Source: a virus
Lineage: Duplodnaviria; Caudoviricetes
Virus record (IMG/VR): IMGVR_UViG_3300020049_008034
Span: 1-64,000 of that record
Direction: 5' to 3' (one strand)
DNA: 64,000 bases
Shown one piece after another: positions 15,465 to 24,737 of the stretch (its first letter is position 1; every line of letters begins with the position of its first letter). The position numbers and the translations under genes are program-made. The notes under the pieces were generated by a model. It had not been told where the DNA came from. It saw only the letters and a program-made list of their open reading frames with translations, and searched no databases.

Positions 15465-15477
15465 CAATTCATCCGGG

Positions 15478-15539
15478 CGGTTAAAGAAAGTTCTGGAACG
15501 CCGAATCAGGAATAAGGTGACGGTATCCCACCTCCTGAG
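15478..15539 (+). ncRNA. Structured RNA E
   Basis: TCAGG-(AATA)-AGGTG / CACCT-CCTGA bulged stem, closed by inverted motif copies. Confidence 0.4.
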
Positions 15540-15580
15540 CCCGGATGAAAAAAACATTTTGTTTATTCAAAAATTGTTTT

Positions 15581-15588
15581 TATCTTTG
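15581..15588 (+). promoter_or_regulatory. Promoter -7 element for the antirepressor gene
   Basis: TATCTTTG followed by CAGTGC, same context as the 11295 promoter. Confidence 0.65.
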
Positions 15589-15628
15589 CAGTGCTTTCAC
15601 ACAGCGTCTAGGTAAAAACAAACAAGCC

Positions 15629-15694
15629 AAAGGCTTGGCAATGAAGAGGGGGTATTACCTGCCCGTGTGAACTCTGATTTGCCAAGCCTTTTTT
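15629..15694 (+). terminator. Leader hairpin with U tract before the antirepressor
   Basis: AAAGGCTTGGCAA...TTGCCAAGCCTTT followed by T run. Confidence 0.55.
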
Positions 15695-15701
15695 AATTGT
15701 A

Positions 15702-16703
15702 ATGAAAAAGAAAGTTCAATTCAAAGGCCAAGACCTAGAACTTGGCATCGGCGAAAGCCTGTGGGTCAACATGAATGACCTCGAAAAAGTATCTAGCATC
15801 AAAGTGCTTACCTATCTTCAAACACCCAGGGTTTTATCTTTGGTTGACAGAATGGAGCCAAAGCCACTAAAAGTAGATGACAGGGTGATTTGGTTCCCCG
15901 AGAAACTGGCATTGGATTATGCAAAAGCAACAGGTGATCACAGCGCTCTCAGGGGACTGATTTTAGAGCACAAACCAATTAATCCGATTATTGAAAGTAA
16001 AGACGGCAAACTCTTGGTCAGGTCTACCGACGTAGCTAACGAGTTCGTAAAGGATCACGACAATGTTCTTAGGGACATTAGAACAATGGATTGTAGTCGA
16101 GAATTCACTTCCCTCAATTTTGAGGTCAGTACATACGTTGACAGTCAAGGAGTTACAAAGCCGTGCTACTTGATGACAAGAGATGGGTTTTCGTTCTTAG
16201 TTATGGGTTTCACCGGAAAGATGGCAGCTAGATTCAAGGAGGCGTACATCAATGCGTTTAATCGCATGGAGCACAAGTTAAGAAACAGGGCAATCGCCTT
16301 GCCCTCAAACTACATTGAAGCGCTTAAGGCTCTAGTTGTTTCAGAAGAAGCCCGGATGATCGCAGAAACCCAAGCGGAAGAGAACCAAGAAAAAGCAGAG
16401 ATAGTTGATCTGATTGTAGAAACTGGCGACAACTACACTATGCAGCAAGCGGCAAATGTTCTAGGGAGCGGCAGGAAAGACTTTTTCACTTGGCTTAGAG
16501 CAAATAACTATCTCCAGTCAAACAACGAACCATACCAAAAGTACATCCGCCAAAGCCCATTTTTCGTCGTTAAGGAAAGACCCAAAGATGGGCACGTTTA
16601 CCATACGCCATTCGTAACACCCAGAGGACTGGCGTATTTTGCTAAAAAGTTCAGTAAAATAAATAAATCTTCTAAAACCCTTGTACTTTTCAATCCTAAT
16701 TAA
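15702..16703 (+). CDS. KilA-N / Rha / ANT(KilA-C) three-domain antirepressor-type protein
   Basis: WVNMNDL..YLQTP..WFPEKLALDYAK; STDVANEFVKDHDNVLRDI..YLMTRDGFSFLVMGFTG..FKEAYINAFNRME; QAANVLGSGRKDFFTWLR..TPFVTPRGL. Confidence 0.85.
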   Translation: MKKKVQFKGQDLELGIGESLWVNMNDLEKVSSIKVLTYLQTPRVLSLVDRMEPKPLKVDDRVIWFPEKLALDYAKATGDHSALRGLILEHKPINPIIESKDGKLLVRSTDVANEFVKDHDNVLRDIRTMDCSREFTSLNFEVSTYVDSQGVTKPCYLMTRDGFSFLVMGFTGKMAARFKEAYINAFNRMEHKLRNRAIALPSNYIEALKALVVSEEARMIAETQAEENQEKAEIVDLIVETGDNYTMQQAANVLGSGRKDFFTWLRANNYLQSNNEPYQKYIRQSPFFVVKERPKDGHVYHTPFVTPRGLAYFAKKFSKINKSSKTLVLFNPN

Positions 16704-16741
16704 TACATTTGTATCGCAAGCCAGTTTAGAAGCTTGCGATA
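16681..16741 (+). promoter_or_regulatory. Promoter with 10-bp leader hairpin
   Basis: TTG (16681), N20, TACATTTG (16704-16711); TATCGCAAGC/GCTTGCGATA. Confidence 0.65.
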
Positions 16742-16764
16742 CATCCCAGCCTCAAACACAAACC

Positions 16765-16977
16765 ATGACAAAGAAAACATTCTACGCCCTAGTGGCAGAA
16801 GTCGAAGAATCTCTAGAAGGACATCCAAACGCCAATCTGATTATTTCGATTGGCCGTTGTAATAATGAGATTGCGTTCGACAAGCGCTGGCCTCCAGTTG
16901 AGATCCTAACCTCTTACATTAACTATGTCACACCGTTTTTACACCAAGCGGTGATGACGGAAGAAGTTTATCAATGA
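16765..16977 (+). CDS. Hypothetical protein
   Basis: Start moved to MTKKT. Confidence 0.6.
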   Translation: MTKKTFYALVAEVEESLEGHPNANLIISIGRCNNEIAFDKRWPPVEILTSYINYVTPFLHQAVMTEEVYQ

Positions 16978-17219
16978 TCATCAAAACAGTAATGGATGTC
17001 TGCGCCACGGAATGGTTAGGCCTCTGCGAAGCACCTGATTACTTTGCGTTTAGGTGCTTAATAAAATTCGCCGAACACGGAGCATCTGGTCCAAGTTGCC
17101 CATACATATGTACGGGATTATGGGCACATAGTGTCAATGCGTTCATTTACGACAATGAAGATTACGGAGACTTGACTCCGGTTTCATTTATCCCACTGTA
17201 TGATCAAATTCATCCATGA
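16974..17219 (+). CDS. Hypothetical protein
   Basis: ORF track. Confidence 0.65.
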   Translation: MIIKTVMDVCATEWLGLCEAPDYFAFRCLIKFAEHGASGPSCPYICTGLWAHSVNAFIYDNEDYGDLTPVSFIPLYDQIHP

Positions 17220-17488
17220 AACAGGAAATAATCAATAAAATTGCCAACTACCTACATTATTGTACGGTATACGAAGCTCCGGACAACATAGATATCGCTG
17301 AGGATATATACTCCAAGATTGAGCCCATGATCGAGGCAGAAGCTCAAAAGTTTGCCGGCTGGGTGGCGAATCAAGCGATTAATGGGAGGACTTATAATAA
17401 GCTATGGCTAGACTACAAGCAGAGCAGCAAGGCTGACTGGAATATGAATTTGATTACCCCGGTAGATATAAAGCATGACACTCCCTGA
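17216..17488 (+). CDS. Hypothetical protein
   Basis: ORF track. Confidence 0.7.
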   Translation: MKQEIINKIANYLHYCTVYEAPDNIDIAEDIYSKIEPMIEAEAQKFAGWVANQAINGRTYNKLWLDYKQSSKADWNMNLITPVDIKHDTP

Positions 17489-17969
17489 CTTCATCACGCC
17501 CAAATTGATTAGGGAATTTTCCCGAAAAGCTAATGTCTCCGAGCAAGTCTTTGAAGAATCTTTAGTTGACTACGTGACCACCCAACGTATCACAATCGAC
17601 TCACGGTACGTCAAAGACTTCCTAAACAGGCATGTCAAGTTTTTAGAAAAAGCTCCTCCTCGGGTGGTATGGCAGTATGACGCCAGTTCACACATGGATT
17701 TGGCTCATAAAGTTGTTTCGTTCCTTAAGAACCTAAAAACGAAAGACGAGTACGGCCACACATACGGAAAGACAGTGACAGGTCTTGAGATTGACCGAGT
17801 CCCGGATGAACAGGCACTCACGACCGCCTTGATTAAAGGCTGGGTCGGTAGAGAAGATTTAAAATCAATTTGCCTATATTGGCGCAAAACCAAACCAAAA
17901 TCATTTGTTTCTTTTCGTACTGAAAATGACTGGAAAGAAGAAGTGAGGTGGTGTAAAAATGGGTTATGA
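17475..17969 (+). CDS. Hypothetical protein (replication module)
   Basis: ORF track; two genes upstream of dnaB. Confidence 0.7.
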   Translation: MTLPDFITPKLIREFSRKANVSEQVFEESLVDYVTTQRITIDSRYVKDFLNRHVKFLEKAPPRVVWQYDASSHMDLAHKVVSFLKNLKTKDEYGHTYGKTVTGLEIDRVPDEQALTTALIKGWVGREDLKSICLYWRKTKPKSFVSFRTENDWKEEVRWCKNGL

Positions 17970-18307
17970 AAATCAACCGAAATAACTTCGACTTTATGAC
18001 CAAAACAGAAACAACGATTACTGTTTTGGTCACGGAAATCCCGGATGAAATTGAACGATTTGAAGCAGATCCTAAAGACGAACGGTTTCTTTCGTTTCCA
18101 GTCGGGAAATTTATTGAAAAGATAGACGCAACCGACCAGCACAAATACTTCGGATGTCAAGTCTGGATGGCAACCTACGAGCGTCACCCAGATCAAAAAT
18201 TCACTCCGCTTAAAGCTATGAATAAAGAAGCTGCCGAGCATTACAATCGGATTAGTGGGAAAGGGACTAGGGCGCGGAAGATTCCTAAAAAGAAAACAAA
18301 TGATTGA
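17966..18307 (+). CDS. Hypothetical protein
   Basis: ORF track. Confidence 0.7.
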   Translation: MKINRNNFDFMTKTETTITVLVTEIPDEIERFEADPKDERFLSFPVGKFIEKIDATDQHKYFGCQVWMATYERHPDQKFTPLKAMNKEAAEHYNRISGKGTRARKIPKKKTND

Positions 18308-19661
18308 AAAAATAGCGCTAAGCGCAGCCATGGTTCATAATGAACTTGTGGCGGATTTACATACTGAATTTTTCGTAGAATATAACGAGATAGCCAAAGC
18401 TATCAAAAAGTTGTATTATGAACAGAAAAAGATCACACCGAATCTCGTTAAAATAAAGCTAGGAGACAGTCCTGCTTTGAGTGAAATCGTTGAGGTATAC
18501 CCCACGATAGACGAAGGCAAAGAAGCCTTTAAAGACCTTAAGATTGCTTTTGAGAAGCGCGCATTTACTGAAGCCATCGTCGAGCTGGGTAAAATGAACG
18601 AACGGCACAGTATTGATATGTCTATGAAGGTATTCTCAGACAGGATAAATGCAATACGCGACATATCTGACCGAAGAATACATTCTGCTGAAGACCTAAT
18701 AGAGCCACTTTTAGCCTACATGTCAGAAGCAAGAATAAAAGGCCCGTGGAAGCCATTATTTGGCATTTCTCACGTAGATGAACTCATAAAAGGTTATGCT
18801 CCCGGGGATGTTACAGTCTTTCTTTCGGCTCCTAAGGAGGGGAAAAGCTCAGTAGCAACTAGGATTATACAAAATGCAATCGAAACAAACTCGGGCGTTT
18901 TTATATCTTCTGGAGAAATGACTGAGATAGACGTTCTAATGAGACCGCTGGCAGTAATGAGTAACCACCGAACGGCTGAGCTCGAAGACGGGTCGGTAAT
19001 ATCAGACGATAAATTCCTGCAATCCCTCGATGAATTAAAAGACAAAAAGGTATTCATATCTAACCGTGGGCTATCTATTCCACATATGCAGGAAGAAATA
19101 ACTACGTATAAATCCCTTCACGGAGTGGATCTTTTCATGTACGATCAGTTAAACCTGTTTGACGAAGTGATTCAAGACAAGGGATGGACTGCTTACCAGC
19201 AAGTTATAGCCTCTGCGCGAAAACTAGCAAATCATCACAAGGTCGCAATTTGTATCTTCCATCAAGTAAATAAAGAATTTTTGGTAAAGCCAGCGTTTAG
19301 GCCTACGGTGTACTCCGCTAGGGGCGGTCAGTCATCTTTGATGCAATCCACAAAAGTGATCTTACTTCACAGGCCAGAAGCTCACGGGCTGGTTAATTTC
19401 GAAGACGGACCGTTCAAAGGCGTAAGGTCATCCGGACTCATGGAGGTGTTTGTTGGGCTAGGAAACCGTATTAGGCTTGGATCCGCTTTAGTCAGGTTCG
19501 TTGGAGAACAACAAGCCGTAGTCCCACTAGACCCAGGACTAGAAATTAGCGGAATCAAACTGGATGAGCCATTCTATTATGGAGCTAGTTCAAAAATTGA
19601 CGAAAAGCCTATTTTTCACTTTGAGGACGAAGGCGAAAAAGCTGACGACCTGCCATTCTAA
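18300..19661 (+). CDS. dnaB: DnaB-like replicative helicase
   Basis: Walker A SAPKEGKS, ISSGEM, Walker B LFMYDQL, HQVNK, RGGQSSLMQ, LLHRP; start moved to MIEK. Confidence 0.88.
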   Translation: MIEKIALSAAMVHNELVADLHTEFFVEYNEIAKAIKKLYYEQKKITPNLVKIKLGDSPALSEIVEVYPTIDEGKEAFKDLKIAFEKRAFTEAIVELGKMNERHSIDMSMKVFSDRINAIRDISDRRIHSAEDLIEPLLAYMSEARIKGPWKPLFGISHVDELIKGYAPGDVTVFLSAPKEGKSSVATRIIQNAIETNSGVFISSGEMTEIDVLMRPLAVMSNHRTAELEDGSVISDDKFLQSLDELKDKKVFISNRGLSIPHMQEEITTYKSLHGVDLFMYDQLNLFDEVIQDKGWTAYQQVIASARKLANHHKVAICIFHQVNKEFLVKPAFRPTVYSARGGQSSLMQSTKVILLHRPEAHGLVNFEDGPFKGVRSSGLMEVFVGLGNRIRLGSALVRFVGEQQAVVPLDPGLEISGIKLDEPFYYGASSKIDEKPIFHFEDEGEKADDLPF

Positions 19662-19665
19662 TATC

Positions 19666-19959
19666 ATGAAAATTTTAAAAAACCATTGGTTTTGGGTTGT
19701 TGTAGTTACGATCCTAATTGCTATCGGATCGTTCGCGTGCACCGATATACCTGTTCCTTGCGAAACGGGTCGAGTTAAAATCTTGACAGATTTCGCTGGG
19801 CCGTACTACCAAGAGGTGAATGGATACCGTGAAGGTGCAAATTTCTATATGCCAGAATGTCACGACTATCAAACTGGTCGCGTCTTGGTGAATGTGGATA
19901 TTACTAACATCGCCGTTGGATTTACTCCGATGGTGGTTAAATTTCCGAGCTGTGACTAA
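19666..19959 (+). CDS. Membrane or lipoprotein-like protein
   Basis: MKILKNHWFWVVVVTILIAIGSFA-C; start moved. Confidence 0.6.
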   Translation: MKILKNHWFWVVVVTILIAIGSFACTDIPVPCETGRVKILTDFAGPYYQEVNGYREGANFYMPECHDYQTGRVLVNVDITNIAVGFTPMVVKFPSCD

Positions 19960-20125
19960 GCACATTATCAAATCGCGTTACATTAAATTTTGCCCAGTGA
20001 TCGGGATTGGATACTGGAAGGACGTGTACTTGAAAGAAGAAATTGGAATGGGTGGGGTTGCTCATAATTTTGTGCTTCCGTTCATTCGTATTCAGTGGGG
20101 TTATCTTGAAATCGACAAACCATGA
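19892..20125 (+). CDS. Hypothetical protein (start uncertain)
   Basis: ORF track; fills the gap. Confidence 0.5.
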   Translation: MWILLTSPLDLLRWWLNFRAVTKHIIKSRYIKFCPVIGIGYWKDVYLKEEIGMGGVAHNFVLPFIRIQWGYLEIDKP

Positions 20126-20331
20126 CTAAAGAGCAAGCAAAAAAGTTCGCAAGAGTATGGATTGGGCAACTTTTGTGGGAGGTGAATTTCGACAGAAAGT
20201 CTGTAGATTGCCCTGATGAAGACAAGGATATAATCGAGTTAGCAATCAACGATCAGTTTTTCAAACTTCTTGGGAAATGTGATTACCTATCTCCTCAAGA
20301 GATTTATGACATCATGAATGATAGTATCTAA
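20122..20331 (+). CDS. Hypothetical protein
   Basis: ORF track. Confidence 0.7.
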   Translation: MTKEQAKKFARVWIGQLLWEVNFDRKSVDCPDEDKDIIELAINDQFFKLLGKCDYLSPQEIYDIMNDSI

Positions 20332-20683
20332 GCGAAACGGAAGAATTGACTTAAAAATCCTCGAACAACACCTTCGAGAAATGCCTGATGGAGACTACGC
20401 AGTTGACCTTACTCCGCTTACTACAGCTACACGTAGGCAGAATGCGTATTTGTTCTCTCATTTGGCTAAGTTGTGCCAAGATCACTTGAGGTCAACCGGG
20501 ATTTCGGTATCAAAAGATGTTGCGATAAATATTTTCCGCAAAAGTCTTGGATATTCAGAAATGATCATTAATTTTGATGAGAAGTTCGAAGGATACGATG
20601 TTCAAAACTTCATTGAGGCATTGTTCTTTGAACTTTTAGATTTGGGCTGCAAACCTGTTCACCCTAAAGACTATGTTAAATAG
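20318..20683 (+). CDS. NinB/Orf-like recombination protein
   Basis: RRQNAYLFSHLAKLC resembles the NinB R-x-x-QN-x-x-L motif. Confidence 0.55.
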   Translation: MIVSKRNGRIDLKILEQHLREMPDGDYAVDLTPLTTATRRQNAYLFSHLAKLCQDHLRSTGISVSKDVAINIFRKSLGYSEMIINFDEKFEGYDVQNFIEALFFELLDLGCKPVHPKDYVK

Positions 20684-20839
20684 CTATTTATCTATCATCT
20701 CATCAATCGAATTTATTCGAGAAACGGAGTTTGAAAACCAGAGTCAGGTAAAAGACTGTTTAAAGTTTCTTTCCGCAATGGGTTTGCTGACAGACGACGT
20801 TCTTGATCATCTATTGCTAATCTTCTTAACTTTACCAGA

Positions 20840-21127
20840 ATGACACTACACGACCAAATGCGAAAAGACCTCCTTAAGCAGAAGGAACAAATCGAATCGC
20901 GCGGATACATGAAAGGCAGAGACCTTGAATTAAACTTGGGAACTTTTGTCGTCAAGAAAGGCGACAAACACTACTCTAACGGGAATTTTTCATTGAGCGA
21001 CCCGGATGAATTTGACCGGCGTGACGCTACGGAGTTAGCCTTTAAAACCGGAGGATTGGTTTTTAAGTCCGAAGTTTACTGGGGTAAGAAATACCAAACA
21101 ATTTTACAAGCACTTTCTTCGCTTTAG
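20840..21127 (+). CDS. Hypothetical protein
   Basis: ORF track. Confidence 0.65.
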   Translation: MTLHDQMRKDLLKQKEQIESRGYMKGRDLELNLGTFVVKKGDKHYSNGNFSLSDPDEFDRRDATELAFKTGGLVFKSEVYWGKKYQTILQALSSL

Positions 21128-21139
21128 AATACACCCAAC

Positions 21140-22585
21140 ATGCTGGATCAAATAAAGTCCCAACTAGACTTGAAAGAGCTAGTTGGGCGCTACACCTCTC
21201 TCCGTAGGTCAGGGTCCAGATGGAAAGGGCTCTGTCCCTTCCATGCCGAGAAGACTCCCTCTTTTGTCGTGGAGGACGACCACGTGCATTGTTTTGGGTG
21301 CGGCATCCATTACGATCACTTTGGGTTTATACAGGCTATTGAAAATGTCAGCTTCCCAGAAGCCAAACGTATTTTAGCCAAAGAAGCCGGAGTTGAAATC
21401 GAGGATAAGGTTTACGAACGCCAAGATAAGGTTTTTCACATCAATGAAATGGTCCAAAAGATTTGGGCTGATGGTGACACGGGATATTGGGAGTCTCGGG
21501 GGTATACGGAAGAAACGATTAAGAAATTCGGGTTGGGATGGTGCGACAAAGTTCCCTATAACGAAAAGACTTGGTATTTATTACATGATGCTGGAGTTTA
21601 TAAAGATGGCAAACAGTTGTTGTACGACCGAGCTTCCGTTCCGCTTAAAAATCTCACCGGTCGAATCGTGGGGTTTGCCGGTCGGACACTTACTGGGCAT
21701 CCTAAGTACATTAACACACCAGAAACTTCAGCTTACAAAAAGTCTAATTATTTATACGGGTTATACGAGGCTAAGGACTCTATTCGCAAGTTAAGGTCTT
21801 GTTATGTTGTTGAAGGTTACACGGATGTTATCTCTCTTCACCAACGAGACATTAAAAATGTCGTAGCGTCCTGCGGAACTGCGTTTACTGAGGAACACTG
21901 TAACCTTATTAAGCGTTATTGCAATAAGGTCGTATTTATGTTCGATGGCGACAGCGCGGGAGCTGCTGCGACCATCCGGGCTATCAAAACTGCTATTCAG
22001 TGGAATATGGATGTTTACGTCGTTCCACTTGATTGCGACCCGGATGAACACCATGGTCCTCTCGTAGAAATTGAAGCTGTTGAATATTTAACGAGACAAA
22101 TAAAAGGAACGCCAAATGAAATCGCAGATCACATTCGAGATGTTTGCACGGCTATCCAAGACCCTATCACCGCTAAGATTTACTCTAAAAAGTTTGCCGA
22201 TCAATACGGTGTCGCTCAGGAGGATATAGAGTCGATGATTTCCTACCGACCGGTGGACCTAGAAGACAAATTAATCGATTTATACTTCGCAAAACCAGAG
22301 TTGAAAAATTTAATTAGAGAAAACATAGTAAATTTTTGCATTATTGACCAAGATGATTTAATTTTACAAAACGAACCAACCGGGGGAGTATATATTTATA
22401 AATACTCCCCCGAACCCGAGATTGAAGCGAAGATTATTATCTCTAAATTACTTTTAGAAATGCTGTCTCGCAAACAAGCCGAAGTAATTGGTTCTCAGGA
22501 CTTAGATTTCAAACACCGAGCACTACAAAAGATTAATGAAGATCGCAGAGAGGTGCTTAAAAATATTCCGATACAATGGCAGTGA
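21140..22585 (+). CDS. dnaG: DnaG-type DNA primase
   Basis: CHC2 finger CPFHAEKTPSF..HCFGCG; GFAGR..PKYINTPET; TOPRIM VVEGYTDV and FDGDSAG. Confidence 0.95.
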   Translation: MLDQIKSQLDLKELVGRYTSLRRSGSRWKGLCPFHAEKTPSFVVEDDHVHCFGCGIHYDHFGFIQAIENVSFPEAKRILAKEAGVEIEDKVYERQDKVFHINEMVQKIWADGDTGYWESRGYTEETIKKFGLGWCDKVPYNEKTWYLLHDAGVYKDGKQLLYDRASVPLKNLTGRIVGFAGRTLTGHPKYINTPETSAYKKSNYLYGLYEAKDSIRKLRSCYVVEGYTDVISLHQRDIKNVVASCGTAFTEEHCNLIKRYCNKVVFMFDGDSAGAAATIRAIKTAIQWNMDVYVVPLDCDPDEHHGPLVEIEAVEYLTRQIKGTPNEIADHIRDVCTAIQDPITAKIYSKKFADQYGVAQEDIESMISYRPVDLEDKLIDLYFAKPELKNLIRENIVNFCIIDQDDLILQNEPTGGVYIYKYSPEPEIEAKIIISKLLLEMLSRKQAEVIGSQDLDFKHRALQKINEDRREVLKNIPIQWQ

Positions 22586-22776
22586 AGTTTGTAATCAAAC
22601 AGTTTTATAAAAATGGTAATTACGGGTACTTTCAAGGCAAGCACGAAGGAGTTGATCTTTTTACCACAATGATAGTTCTTGCGGAAGAATTTAATTCATA
22701 CGAAGAAGCGGTACTGGCTATCGAGAATATGCAATGGAAAGGTATCTTTCAAGTCGAAAAAATATATTTAAACTAA
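22576..22776 (+). CDS. Hypothetical protein
   Basis: ORF track. Confidence 0.65.
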   Translation: MAVKFVIKQFYKNGNYGYFQGKHEGVDLFTTMIVLAEEFNSYEEAVLAIENMQWKGIFQVEKIYLN

Positions 22777-23402
22777 TGTGGACACTGACACTTTTTAGAG
22801 CACTTTCTGGCGTTCAAAACGCCTTATACTACGCCAAACTGGAAATGATCGCCAAGCTTTGGGCCTTAGTTTTGATTGGGTATATCTGTTGGATGCTGAA
22901 CGGATGGTATGTTGTTTCAGCAATTGGCGTGGTGTTTGCGTATCTCTCTTTTGAAGGGAAGTTATGGAGGGGTTCTATTCATTTAGTGGAGATCTTTAAA
23001 ACAGGACTTCCGATCATTACTTATTTCATAAGTGGCGGGAATTTAGTTGATATTATGTTATCAACTTACCCCGGACTTGTTTTACATAAAATGGTCATAA
23101 ATTGGGGATCAGGCCAACCTATTCTCTCGGACGTGACAGACGACCCAACCGGGCGGTCGTTTACTTTTACTGTTTCTTTAAAATGGAAATGGGCAGTGAG
23201 CTGGATTCATTTTTTCTGGTTCAAAGTAAAGGGAAACGCTGACGCCAGACAGTTTATTTTTGAGCAAGCAAATCCCGGATGGACTAAAATCTTCGTCCCT
23301 CGTCAAACGATGGCAGACCGAATCATATGGAGCCTTATTTCCATTGGGGTATGGGCTTTGATGTATTTCGATATTCTTAACTATTTAAAAATTCAAATCT
23401 AA
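22776..23402 (+). CDS. Multi-pass membrane protein
   Basis: Several hydrophobic segments; start moved to MWTLT. Confidence 0.7.
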   Translation: MWTLTLFRALSGVQNALYYAKLEMIAKLWALVLIGYICWMLNGWYVVSAIGVVFAYLSFEGKLWRGSIHLVEIFKTGLPIITYFISGGNLVDIMLSTYPGLVLHKMVINWGSGQPILSDVTDDPTGRSFTFTVSLKWKWAVSWIHFFWFKVKGNADARQFIFEQANPGWTKIFVPRQTMADRIIWSLISIGVWALMYFDILNYLKIQI

Positions 23403-23626
23403 TGGGAGTCAAGTATCATCTTTTATCTGAAAAAGCCAAGGTATATAAAAAGCTACCTAAAAATGCTACTGAACCAGTTCTTGAGACAGAAGAAACAATC
23501 GAGTACCATGTTTTCCCGTGGTACTATATCGAGCGCAAAGAAGCTGTTAACAAGTGTTCCTTTTGCGGCAAACCCAAATACAACCCCTGCATCCATCAGT
23601 CACAAGTAAAATACTGTAAGCGATGA
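23402..23626 (+). CDS. Small protein with Cys-rich C-terminus
   Basis: CSFCGK...C. Confidence 0.65.
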   Translation: MGVKYHLLSEKAKVYKKLPKNATEPVLETEETIEYHVFPWYYIERKEAVNKCSFCGKPKYNPCIHQSQVKYCKR

Positions 23627-24504
23627 TCTACACCTCAACTGCACCCATCGCTAAAGGGTTATTAAATGAGCTCCGTACTAAATTTCACCAAGAGGTGAAG
23701 TACGGAGCTTTATTTGATATTTTTATGTTCTGCGGCCCTCGGGCGAATGAGGTTTTAAAACTACAAGTCGCCCACGTTGCAACCCCTTTAAGCAAAATTG
23801 ACTGGGAATACGTGGACGGGACGTGCCGGTGGGGGGAGACGAAAAAAGGATTTAAGTACGAATACCAGATTCGTGACAACATTCTTTTCTATACAACAAA
23901 GCAAGACCGTAACGGAAGGCGAACAAAGCGCACTCCGCCTATCAATCCTCTTCTTAAGGCATCTTTAGGGAAATATTTAGACGGAAGTATCTTGAACCCG
24001 GATGATCTTCTTTTCCCCGGAAACAGCGGTAAAATGCTTAGCTATGAAGCCATTAACCGAAGATTGGAAAAATACTGCGCTGAGCTACGCATCGACGAAA
24101 CCGTTTTGGGTGGTCAAATTGGGTTTCACATGATTAGGAAGGCTTTTGCCGTTGCACTTTTTCAACACTTCGGTGGAGGGCTTCTGGCTGCAATTAAAGT
24201 TCAAAAGGAATTTGGTCACAAAAACCTACTTACAACCTATCGGTATTTAGGTGTTAGGTTAGACGAGGACGTCCACGATGCCATCCGGACTGGAGAAATG
24301 TACAACGTTACTCTTGTAGACCGCATACAAGGTCGTGAAGCAGCTTTAGTAGGTTGGCAGAATCTTTATACTATATTTGAAAATTCTGGCGTCCTAGACT
24401 TGCAAATGACCAACTGGCTTCGTACCTTTACATCGGACGAAAAAGACATCGACCGCACTTTGCAGTGGATGAAATCTCATAACCAAAAAATTGATTTTTT
24501 ATGA
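23623..24504 (+). CDS. Tyrosine recombinase (XerC/D-like)
   Basis: Catalytic R (GPRANE), HxxR (HMIRK), H (GHKN) and Y (TYRY). Confidence 0.9.
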   Translation: MIYTSTAPIAKGLLNELRTKFHQEVKYGALFDIFMFCGPRANEVLKLQVAHVATPLSKIDWEYVDGTCRWGETKKGFKYEYQIRDNILFYTTKQDRNGRRTKRTPPINPLLKASLGKYLDGSILNPDDLLFPGNSGKMLSYEAINRRLEKYCAELRIDETVLGGQIGFHMIRKAFAVALFQHFGGGLLAAIKVQKEFGHKNLLTTYRYLGVRLDEDVHDAIRTGEMYNVTLVDRIQGREAALVGWQNLYTIFENSGVLDLQMTNWLRTFTSDEKDIDRTLQWMKSHNQKIDFL

Positions 24505-24737
24505 TAGGAGTGAACAGTAAAATGAAAGACGGAAACGGCAAGCTCGTGTATAGCGGCCAGCGCCTCAAACTTAAAAATCCCCCACCGGGAGACCTGTCTT
24601 TGGACTGGCCGGTAAGCTGGGGGCTTTATAATGGATTCCAGTTTATGGGAAGGAAACTGGACCAATACCAACTTGAAAAGTACGTAATTGTAAAAGATAT
24701 TTCGTGGTGGGATAAAATTAAACTAAAATTTGTATGA
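24501..24737 (+). CDS. Hypothetical protein
   Basis: ORF track. Confidence 0.65.
   Translation: MIGVNSKMKDGNGKLVYSGQRLKLKNPPPGDLSLDWPVSWGLYNGFQFMGRKLDQYQLEKYVIVKDISWWDKIKLKFV

Noticed and set aside
14811-15549. Shufflon-type inversion system
   Set aside because: Sites are short, present about 67 times including inside essential genes, and all RNAs in the island fold in the same orientation; kept only as a testable alternative.
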